From NCBI GenBank assembly GCA_965228855.1, contig CBDDIJ010000003.1, positions 2,144,001 to 2,208,000 of the forward strand: a DNA stretch of 64,000 nucleotides, read 5' to 3'. The notes under the pieces were generated by a model, which was not told where the DNA came from, made no database searches, and worked only from the letters and a program-made list of their open reading frames with translations. Below are positions 9,611 to 17,666 of this stretch, piece by piece (the stretch's first letter is position 1; every line of letters begins with the position of its first letter). Source of the DNA: Candidatus Obscuribacterales bacterium. Its GTDB lineage: Bacteria > Cyanobacteriota > Vampirovibrionia > Obscuribacterales > Obscuribacteraceae. A program made the position numbers and the translations under genes.

Positions 9611-10252
9611 ATGCCACGAGTATTTATCATAGCCAACGGTCAAGCGGACTTTCCATTTTCTTTTCCCAGTCTTATTTCCAGTAATGACATTGTTATTTGT
9701 GCCGACGGCGGTAGCAATCACGCTGCCGAGTTGGGGGTGAAACCCGCTATCGTCATAGGCGATATGGACTCTGTCGCGCCAGACTTGCTCTTGCAGTATC
9801 AGCAGGGAGGTGTGGACATACGCAGGTTCCCGAAGGATAAAGACGCAAGCGATCTGGAGTTATGCCTGGAAGCTGCGGTCGGTTTCAACCCGACGGAGAT
9901 TACATGTATCTGCGTGCTCGGCAACCGCGAGGACCACGCGCTGACCAACACATTTCTCCTGGCTCGCTACGCCAGTCGAAATAACAAGGTGACGATGCTG
10001 GGCTCGAATTGGCAGGCACAATTTATCACGAAACAACACCCTAGAGAATTCACCGGAACCCCCGGCGACATAGTGTCACTCATGCCCATGACCGCCACCG
10101 TCACTGGTGTCACCATCGAAGGCGTAAAGTGGCCGCTAAATAACGCCGAGCTGGCATGGGGAAGTTCGCACACCGTCAGCAACGAATTCGCCCAAACCCA
10201 CGTCTCCATCAAAATCACCACCGGCCTCATCCTCGCCATGCATTATCAGTAA
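9611..10252 (+). CDS. thiN: Thiamine pyrophosphokinase
   Basis: CADGG, IGDMDS, KDKDASDLE, GNREDH, KWPL, VSNEF motifs; RBS AGGAG. Confidence 0.93.
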   Translation: MPRVFIIANGQADFPFSFPSLISSNDIVICADGGSNHAAELGVKPAIVIGDMDSVAPDLLLQYQQGGVDIRRFPKDKDASDLELCLEAAVGFNPTEITCICVLGNREDHALTNTFLLARYASRNNKVTMLGSNWQAQFITKQHPREFTGTPGDIVSLMPMTATVTGVTIEGVKWPLNNAELAWGSSHTVSNEFAQTHVSIKITTGLILAMHYQ

Positions 10253-10256
10253 AATT

Positions 10257-10591
10257 CTCACTACTATATACCTTCGTACTGAAGAGAGTCCAAGAGTCGT
10301 TGTGCCGTCTCAGTTTCGAGCACTCCTCCTTAATTCCCATCTGCCCAATATCCCCCTTTGTCTACGTGAGAGCGCCGATTTTGAGCAATTGCGTCATAGC
10401 CAGATAGACACGCGAGGGTCCAGAAACCTCACTACTATATGGTCTCGTCACACCAAGCGTCTCAAAACTCTTATGCATCCAGGATTTCGAGCCTTTCCTC
10501 CCGATTCCCATCTGCCCAATATCCTCGTCTGTCTACGTGAGAGCGCCGATTTTGAGCAATTGCGTCATAGCCAGATAGACACGCGAGGGTC
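10257..10591. repeat. Two tandem 171-bp non-coding repeat units with an identical 62-bp hairpin-forming core
   Basis: CTCACTACTATAT at 10257 and 10428; ATTCCCATCTGCCCAATATCC at 10333 and 10504; identical core 10359-10420 and 10530-10591 bounded by inverted TGTCTA/TAGACA. Confidence 0.9.
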
Positions 10592-10685
10592 AGCCTGGCA
10601 GTATGAATTCCAGCGTTGCTTTCCTCATAAGGTTTTCGAGACGCCCGGAGGAACGAAATTCTATAGTAGGAAGTTTGTAAATCCT

Positions 10686-13600
10686 TCAGTGGAAGTTTCG
10701 CGCTTCCATGTCCGGCTGCCCCTTGATGCGCGGCAACGGCTCACAGTGTGAAGCAATAATATTGGCGACACCAAACTCAAGTTGCAGTCGCCCCTCCACA
10801 CAAAGGAAAGACGGTCCTCGCAAAACGCGCCTGTATTGCTCGAAAACTTGCGGTCGAATAATAACATTTGCAAGACCGGTTTCGTCTTCCAGCGTCAAAA
10901 AAACAAATCCCTTTGCCGTCTCCGGTCGCTGCCTGCAAATAACAGCACCAGCAACTTTGATGATACTGCCATCCTCAGCTTTGGTGATACCAAGACAGGA
11001 ATGAATTTTGTTCTCGTCAGCCCATCTTCGATAGAACTCCATAGGATGAGCCGACGTAGACAAACCCGTCATTCGATAATCGTCACCAATCATCTCCAGC
11101 TTGCTGAGCCGTGGAAGCGTGATTTCTTTGCGTTCGAAGGCCTCTCGTTTTTCCTCCGGCAAATTCTCCATCAACGCGTCCAACAGTGGCGTCGGTCGCG
11201 CCCGACCGAGCCGCCCGAGTATCTCCCAGAGCGCTTCACGGCGTCCTGGATAAAGCGTTTCGAACGCACCTGCCTTAGCAAGAATTTTCAAATCCGCAGG
11301 TGCCAGACCACTCCGCTCAACTACATCTTCAAGCGACGTAAAATTGCCGCCTCTATTCCAGGACTTTTCCAAAATTTCCTTCGACTTCCTTCCCAATCCG
11401 TCGATAAAACGCAAACCTATGCGCAATGCCGGTTTCGTCATACTCCGGGCACGCTTACCTTTAACTATATTTGATACCGCCTGTGGTTCACCGGAAGGCA
11501 CCACATCGATTACATCATCTTCGACTTCGAGAGTGCAGTTCCAACTACTCTTAGCAAGATCGATCGGACGGACCTCTACACCATGCCGCAAAGCATCACG
11601 AATCAAAGTTCCCGGACTGTAAAACCCCATCGGCTGCGCGTTTAAAATTGCACAATAGAACTCCGGAGCATAATACAATTTCAGATGCGCCGAAGCATAA
11701 ACCAAAAGCGAAAACGACGCCGCGTGACTTTCTGGAAAGCCATAATTCGCAAACGCCTTCAACTGGTGAATTATGGTGGCAATCGCTTCCTCTGAAAAAT
11801 TATTCTTGCGCATGCCGGCACCAAGATCATCACACAAAGCCAACATTCGCTCCATAGAGCGTTTATGACTCATCACTCGCCGCAACTGGTCAGCCTGAGA
11901 AGGAGAAAATCCGGCTGCCACCACAGCTAGTTTCATTCCCTGTTCTTGAAAAAGTGGAACTCCAAGTGTTCGCGACAAAATCGGCTCCAATGAGGGATGC
12001 AAATACACGACTGGCTCCTCACCACGCCGCCTGCGTAGATACGGATGAATAATGTTTCCTTGAATCGGACCGGGTCGCACGATCGCAATTGAAACCACAA
12101 TGTCGTAAAAACATTTCGGCTTCAATCTCGGCAAGATATTCATTTGAGCACGCGACTCAACTTGAAATAAACCAATCGTGTCGGCATTCTGCAACATTTG
12201 ATAAACAGCCGGATCGTGCATATCAAGCGCACCAAGATCAATGTTGACGCCGCGAAACTGCTCGACGAGTTTCAACCCCTCCTGAATCATCATCAACATG
12301 CCGAGCCCAAGCAAATCAATTTTGATCATTCCAACAAGATCGATGTCATCTTTGTCCCATTGAATAACCGTACGCGCATGCATTGAAGCAGGCTCAATCG
12401 GAACTAGCTCACCAAGCGGTCTTCCGGAGAGCACAAAACCACCGACGTGAATCGAACGGTGACGCGGCAATTGATGCAACCCAGAAACAATCTTTAGCAA
12501 TAAACCAACTCGCCTGTCATTACGATCCAAACCGATGCGTTGCAATCCACCGTCGAGTAAACGTTGAACCGCACCAAGAGCTTCAGTATGCTCCCCCTCG
12601 GATGACAGTCGATCTGCCTGTTCTTGCGAAAAACCTAATACGCGAGCCGCGTCGCGCACCGCGGATTTACCGCGATAAGTAATAATCTCGCAAACCATCG
12701 CAGCATGCTCGCGACCATACTTTTCATAGACGTATTGCAAAACTGTCTCGCGCTCTTGATGCGCGATATCAAGGTCTATATCAGGAGGTTCATTGCGTCC
12801 CTCCGAAAGAAACCGCTCGAATAAAAGCTCCATGCCTATCGGATCAACCGCTGTAATCATCAAGCAATAGCAAACAGCAGAGTTTGCTGCCGACCCTCGG
12901 CCTTGCACCGCGATACCACGAGAGCGTGCGAAACGCACAATGTCCCACATTATAAGGAAGTATGGTCCCAGGTCTAGACCAGTAATCATGCTCAATTCAT
13001 GATCTATTTGTTTGATGTGTTTATCCGTCAAATCCGGATAACGAATGCGCGCCCCCTCCCAGACAAGTTTTTCTAGCAGCGCATTGTGATTGAGCGAATC
13101 GGGTTTCGCCTCGCTGGAACCAAGCCCCACAAGCTCCGGCGGCAATTGAAACACAGGCAATGGTGTGCGAAGAGAACCGAGTCTGAATTTGCAACGCTCC
13201 GCCACAATCAGTGAATTTCGAACTCCCGTCAAATTATGTCGCCACAAATGAGCCATCTCATCCGGCGACTTCATATACCAGCTTGCGTTCGGTCGCAAAC
13301 GTCGCCCTGCCTCGGCGAGCGTCACCTCATGCCGAAGACAGGTCAACACATCATGCACAATTCGTTTTTCCGGACGCGAATAATGCACGTTATTAGTCGC
13401 AACCCAGGGAATCTCACACTCATCGGCCAGCTCAAGAAGCTGTTTTGCAAGTATTTGCTCTTGCGTGATGTAGTGATCCCACATCTCTATGTAGAAACGA
13501 TCTCCAAAAACTTCCTTAAACTCGCGCGCACAAGCACGCGCACTTTCAACATCGCCTTTGGTAAGAGCTGACGGAATCCGTCCATGCGGACAACCTGACA

Positions 13601-13967
13601 GGACCACAAGTCCATCGCTACTTGCATACAAATCAGCACTCTGAACTCGCGGAGATCCACGCACGCAAGCAGAACGCGCCTTCGTAATTAAGCGACAAAT
13701 GTTTTTGTAGCCAGTCTCATCCGCAGCCAGCAAGATTACATGCGAGTGATCATCCAGCGTGAGTTCCGCGCCAATTATGGCATTCAACTCTAGCTCTCTC
13801 GCCGCAGTAGCGAAACGAACGATTCCTCCCATATCGTCGTGATCGGTCAATGCCAGCGCTGCGAGGCCAATCTCCTTAGCCCTAACGGCGAGTTCCTCAG
13901 GATTGCTCGCGCCATCTAAAAGAGAAAAAGCAGAATGACAATGCAGCTCAGCGTATTCGTATCGCAA
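10686..13967 (-). CDS. dnaE2: Error-prone DNA polymerase III alpha subunit DnaE2 (ImuC)
   Basis: PHP YAELHCHSAFSLLDG; QGRGSAANS; PDIDLD; YGFPESHAASF; OB fold RQRPETAKG; C-terminal ARNFH matching the DnaE2 [S/A]R[D/N]F[H/R] tail. Confidence 0.96.
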   Translation of the reverse strand: MRYEYAELHCHSAFSLLDGASNPEELAVRAKEIGLAALALTDHDDMGGIVRFATAARELELNAIIGAELTLDDHSHVILLAADETGYKNICRLITKARSACVRGSPRVQSADLYASSDGLVVLSGCPHGRIPSALTKGDVESARACAREFKEVFGDRFYIEMWDHYITQEQILAKQLLELADECEIPWVATNNVHYSRPEKRIVHDVLTCLRHEVTLAEAGRRLRPNASWYMKSPDEMAHLWRHNLTGVRNSLIVAERCKFRLGSLRTPLPVFQLPPELVGLGSSEAKPDSLNHNALLEKLVWEGARIRYPDLTDKHIKQIDHELSMITGLDLGPYFLIMWDIVRFARSRGIAVQGRGSAANSAVCYCLMITAVDPIGMELLFERFLSEGRNEPPDIDLDIAHQERETVLQYVYEKYGREHAAMVCEIITYRGKSAVRDAARVLGFSQEQADRLSSEGEHTEALGAVQRLLDGGLQRIGLDRNDRRVGLLLKIVSGLHQLPRHRSIHVGGFVLSGRPLGELVPIEPASMHARTVIQWDKDDIDLVGMIKIDLLGLGMLMMIQEGLKLVEQFRGVNIDLGALDMHDPAVYQMLQNADTIGLFQVESRAQMNILPRLKPKCFYDIVVSIAIVRPGPIQGNIIHPYLRRRRGEEPVVYLHPSLEPILSRTLGVPLFQEQGMKLAVVAAGFSPSQADQLRRVMSHKRSMERMLALCDDLGAGMRKNNFSEEAIATIIHQLKAFANYGFPESHAASFSLLVYASAHLKLYYAPEFYCAILNAQPMGFYSPGTLIRDALRHGVEVRPIDLAKSSWNCTLEVEDDVIDVVPSGEPQAVSNIVKGKRARSMTKPALRIGLRFIDGLGRKSKEILEKSWNRGGNFTSLEDVVERSGLAPADLKILAKAGAFETLYPGRREALWEILGRLGRARPTPLLDALMENLPEEKREAFERKEITLPRLSKLEMIGDDYRMTGLSTSAHPMEFYRRWADENKIHSCLGITKAEDGSIIKVAGAVICRQRPETAKGFVFLTLEDETGLANVIIRPQVFEQYRRVLRGPSFLCVEGRLQLEFGVANIIASHCEPLPRIKGQPDMEARNFH

Positions 13968-14128
13968 GACGCAAAAGGTTCAAAAGGTTTATCAGGTGGA
14001 TTTGAAAAAAAATACGCACTCTCCCCCACGCACACTCGCACGAGTGAACGGGGGAAGTAGTACTTCCTCGCCGCCCCTTTTCCTCAGGCTCAGCATCAGA
14101 ATCGGCGCGACTTGAAGATAGTATTCAA

Positions 14129-14157
14129 ACATTACCATACAAATGTATGCACGTCAA
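14129..14157 (-). promoter_or_regulatory. Sigma70 promoter of dnaE2 (TTGACG-N17-TAATGT) with palindromic operator CATAC-N4-GTATG in the spacer
   Basis: Minus strand TTGACG TGCATACATTTGTATGG TAATGT; palindrome at 14136-14149; same architecture upstream of imuA. Confidence 0.75.
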
Positions 14158-14396
14158 TAATCACCAAATGCCCTGGATCACATTAAAGTCACGCAGCCAC
14201 ATTTATATGGAAGGCGATGGAGAGGCAAATTACTGAATTTCGTAATTTCCCCACTTGTCATAGGGTTGTTCCTGACGTAAAAATAAGGCACTTGCTCGCA
14301 ATATCAAAACCTCGACCCCCATGCAAAAGGCACCCTAGCCAAGTTGCACAAAAGCGCGCGCGTTCCCATCACGCCGTCGTCGTAGGAGTTACTATA

Positions 14397-15926
14397 ATGA
14401 CCGAAAAATTAGACGCCCAACGGGTTGCAGACGATGCCGCTACGGCATTGCAAACCACCGATGATGCCACTTCAAGGACGATGCTCCAGCACGTAAATGA
14501 AGACCTGCGCGCACTCTCGGAACCCGAAAGAAATTACGTCGCAAACGACCTGGCGCTGAAAGGTTTACTGCCGGATCTGGCTATTGAAACTGGTCTCGTA
14601 AGCGAAGACAAATTTGCAACCAAAGAAGACCTGGCACGAGTTGCAGCCGATGAAGGCAACTCGACAGTCAACGGCATGGCAGCAAAATTTCTGACCGACA
14701 ACTTCTCGGCCCTCGGCGGCGGTCCCCGCACCGACACGAATGCAGACTACGTCAAAGGCTTCGATATGCGCTACGATCTTGCGCTCGAAACCGCGAACGT
14801 AAAACGTGAATTTGGCGGATTGCTGGATCTGTACAAAAAGCAAAATCCGAACGACGCTGACATCCAGGCAAGAGACGGTCTGCAAGCAAATGATATTGAT
14901 GCACTTTTGAGTAAACCGGAGGCGCTCTCGCCAGCACAATCCGATGCGCTCAAAACAATGAAAAACAACTTCGACTATATGAAGACTCCCCGCGGTGTCT
15001 GGACACTGACCGACTGGACGACTCCAAGGGTCAACGAAGAAAGCATCGGTGATTTCGTTAATACGGCAGTGCCTCTAGGCATGGCTGAACAACTCAAAAT
15101 TGCCGAAGCCGAGAAATCAAAACAAGCAGGTTTAGAAGAAGGCGCTCGTCAAGCCCAACAAGAAAGACAAACGCCACCTGAAAGCAAGCCAGCAGAGGAA
15201 ACGCCTGCGACTCCTGACGCACCTCCTGCGACTCCTGACGCACCTCCTGCGACTCCTGACGCACCGCCTACGACTCCGGATGCACCTCCTGCGACTCCGG
15301 ATGCACCTCCTGCGACTCCGGACGCACCACCTGCGACTCCTGACGCACCACCTGCGACTCCAGACGCACCACCTGCGACTCCAGACGCACCACCTGCGAC
15401 TCCTGACGCACCTCCTGCAACTCCTGACGCACCTCCTGCGACTCCTGACGCACCACCTGCGACTCCGGACGCACCTCCCGCGTCACCGGACGCATCGCCC
15501 GTCTCACCAGACGCACCACCTGCAACACCAGATCAACCCGCACCGCCCGCAACACCAGACGCACCTCCGGCTCTACCGGAAGCACCCACGCCTGATGCGC
15601 CCCCCGCATCGCCGGAGGCACCGGGAGATCAAACCACACCACCGGAAAATATGGAACGAGATAAAGTTACCGACAAAGAATACACAGTCGTCGCTGGAGA
15701 CAACCTGTGGAAGATCGCCCGCGCGCACCTGACCGAATTGGAAGGCAAACGCCCCAATAATGCTGACGTCCTCAAACTCGTCAACGAAATCGTTGCGCGC
15801 AACAACATCAAAAATCCGAACTTGATCTATCCGGATCAAAAGTTCATCATCCCTGGTCCGGCGGCGGCTAATCCCGAAGCGTCACCAACACCGGTTCCAG
15901 CCCCCTCGGCACCGCCGGAGTCGTAA
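14397..15926 (+). CDS. LysM-domain protein with a long Pro/Ala/Thr/Asp heptad repeat linker
   Basis: C-terminal YTVVAGDNLWKIA..NNIKNPNLIYPDQKFIIP LysM; AGGAG upstream of ATG 14397. Confidence 0.88.
   Translation: MTEKLDAQRVADDAATALQTTDDATSRTMLQHVNEDLRALSEPERNYVANDLALKGLLPDLAIETGLVSEDKFATKEDLARVAADEGNSTVNGMAAKFLTDNFSALGGGPRTDTNADYVKGFDMRYDLALETANVKREFGGLLDLYKKQNPNDADIQARDGLQANDIDALLSKPEALSPAQSDALKTMKNNFDYMKTPRGVWTLTDWTTPRVNEESIGDFVNTAVPLGMAEQLKIAEAEKSKQAGLEEGARQAQQERQTPPESKPAEETPATPDAPPATPDAPPATPDAPPTTPDAPPATPDAPPATPDAPPATPDAPPATPDAPPATPDAPPATPDAPPATPDAPPATPDAPPATPDAPPASPDASPVSPDAPPATPDQPAPPATPDAPPALPEAPTPDAPPASPEAPGDQTTPPENMERDKVTDKEYTVVAGDNLWKIARAHLTELEGKRPNNADVLKLVNEIVARNNIKNPNLIYPDQKFIIPGPAAANPEASPTPVPAPSAPPES
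15204..15536 (+). repeat. 21-bp coding tandem repeat (PPATPDA), 13 near-perfect plus about 3 degenerate units
   Basis: cc(a/t)cctgcgactcc(t/a/g)ga(c/t)gca units from 15204 to 15473, degenerate to about 15536. Confidence 0.95.
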
Positions 15927-16026
15927 AAATTCCGGTTCCCACCGCATTAAATCTCTTTGGGAAGCAGCCGTTCAACACAGTTCCGACTGCACGTAAAACG
16001 CTCATTCGCGTAGCAACCCAAACCAA

Positions 16027-16064
16027 GCCGAAATCGCCTCGAAGAAATTCGGGGCGTTTTTGGC
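16027..16064 (+). terminator. Probable intrinsic terminator downstream of the LysM gene
   Basis: CGCCTCGAA-GAAA-TTCGGGGCG stem-loop followed by TTTTT. Confidence 0.6.
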
Positions 16065-16509
16065 AAAACCTCGTTAACTCACAAGCAAGCAAAGTCTTTA
16101 GAAGCCCAGGAGCTTAATTTCGTCTCACCAAAGGCAGCTAGTCCTGGGATACAACCCCAGCAAGCAATCAACAGTCGAATAGCGCATTAATCACGGATGC
16201 GGGAAATACCGCCAAGAGACTTGCCAGCCATCCGAAAGTTTGGTGCCGGCAAGAGCGGTTAGTCCTGATGTGGACAGAAAAGCCCCAAGACTAGCCGAAT
16301 GTTAGACCTCATAACTGTTCCAACTTAAATGTATATCGAATTCCGCTACCACCGGAAGTGATTTCGCTTCGAATAACTTTGTTACGTTTTCCGAAGCCCA
16401 CCAATTGTAGTTTTCCGGGTTCGATCCATATAATCGTTCCCAACGTCTTCGGTATCCCAGTTTCTGGACGTAAATTTCAAACCAAATAAGATTGATGGTG
16501 GAGGACTCC

Positions 16510-17070
16510 ATGCAACTCAAACGTACTTCGACTCTTTTCTCAATTGCTCTGGCTCTCGTCGCAACAGCAATTTTTGATGCTCCGGCTTCGGCTCAGAAAG
16601 CGGCTTCCCCTTCCACAGTGAAGATCGGCTACTTCAACCTCACTATGGTTAAAGCCAAAACCCCGGCAGGCGATGCAGACGCATTGAAGAACCAAGCCGA
16701 AGGTCAACTTCGTCGCGATATCGAGACCGGTCAAAAGGCAATCGAAAAAGCACGCGCCGACAAAAAGACCGAAGCTGAAATCAAAGATATCGTCAAACAA
16801 GTTCAAACAGAACTGGCTGCCAAACAGCAAGCACTGTTCCAACTCGTTCAATCAGCAACTCTTCAAGACACACAAAGACTGGTTCAAGCAGTCAACGTCG
16901 TCGCCAAGAAAAAAGGTCTCGACCTGATCGTTGATGCCAACGCAGTTTACGCTGGTGGCAAAGAAGTTCTCGACAAAGGCATCGACGTCACCAACGACGT
17001 AATCGAAGCAGTCAACCCGATGGCAGCAATCGACCGCGCCGCAGAATCGAAGAAAGAAGCTTCCGAGTAG
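16510..17070 (+). CDS. skp: OmpH/Skp-family periplasmic outer-membrane protein chaperone
   Basis: Signal peptide ending ASA; KIGYFN; coiled coil; VAKKKGLDLIVD..DVTNDVI; RBS GGAGGA. Confidence 0.85.
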   Translation: MQLKRTSTLFSIALALVATAIFDAPASAQKAASPSTVKIGYFNLTMVKAKTPAGDADALKNQAEGQLRRDIETGQKAIEKARADKKTEAEIKDIVKQVQTELAAKQQALFQLVQSATLQDTQRLVQAVNVVAKKKGLDLIVDANAVYAGGKEVLDKGIDVTNDVIEAVNPMAAIDRAAESKKEASE

Positions 17071-17100
17071 TCGTTCTTCAACTCAGCTGAATAGGTTATC

Positions 17101-17133
17101 GAAAGGGCCGGTTTTACCGGTCCTTTCATTTTT
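17101..17133 (+). terminator. Intrinsic terminator after skp
   Basis: GAAAGGGCCGGT-TTT-ACCGGTCCTTTC followed by ATTTTT. Confidence 0.75.
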
Positions 17134-17175
17134 GTCGTTGTGCTACCTTATATAGACAGAAACAGCGAGGCGCGA

Positions 17176-17661
17176 ATGACCAGTCCATACGAAGAAGATA
17201 CGATTCTCAAGGTCGGCGACCCTGCACCACAATTTTCGCTGGAATCATATCCCGCGGGTCAGGTGAGTCTGAAAGACTTTTTTGGGAAACAGAATGTGAT
17301 CCTCGCGTTCTACCCCAAAGACAATACGCCAGGATGTACAAAGGAAATGTGCACCTTCAGCGAGCGCCGTCAGGAATTCGCAAGTGCTAATACTGTTATT
17401 CTTGGTGTCTCCACGGACGATACCACTAGTCACAAAGACTTCGCTACTCAATACGGTTTGCTAAATCAATTGCTGTCCGACACCTCCCGCGAAACCGGCA
17501 TGGCTTATGGCGCGGTGCGAGGCGATCGCGTTATGGCAGATCGGGTTCTTTTCGTCATCGACAAGAAAGGTATGATTCGGCACGTTCATTCCGGACAGCC
17601 TGATTTCGATGAGCTGTTGGAAATTGTCACAGCATTGGAAAAACTGCAAGCGGATAGTTAG
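17176..17661 (+). CDS. bcp: Peroxiredoxin, Bcp/PrxQ family
   Basis: LKVGDPAPQF, FYPKDNTPGCTKEMC (PxxxTxxC-xxxx-C), ILGVSTD, RVLFVID. Confidence 0.9.
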   Translation: MTSPYEEDTILKVGDPAPQFSLESYPAGQVSLKDFFGKQNVILAFYPKDNTPGCTKEMCTFSERRQEFASANTVILGVSTDDTTSHKDFATQYGLLNQLLSDTSRETGMAYGAVRGDRVMADRVLFVIDKKGMIRHVHSGQPDFDELLEIVTALEKLQADS

Positions 17662-17666
17662 CGTTC

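Noticed and set aside
10257..10591. CRISPR array or integron attC sites
   Set aside because: Only two units, the conserved part is far longer than a CRISPR repeat, the variable parts are still alignable, there are no cas or intI genes, and there are no RYYYAAC/GTTRRRY ends
10302..10751. 149-aa ORF with an internal peptide repeat
   Set aside because: By-product of the 171-bp repeat (period divisible by 3); no RBS, overlaps the dnaE2 3' end, and the divergence pattern is not codon-like
10782..11474. 230-aa ORF antisense to dnaE2 (similarly 38320..38976 and 46992..47663)
   Set aside because: Fully overlaps confident genes on the opposite strand and has no domain signal
16415..16427. T-loop-like GGGTTCGATCC suggesting a tRNA or tmRNA
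   Set aside because: No complementary T-stem, acceptor stem or CCA end
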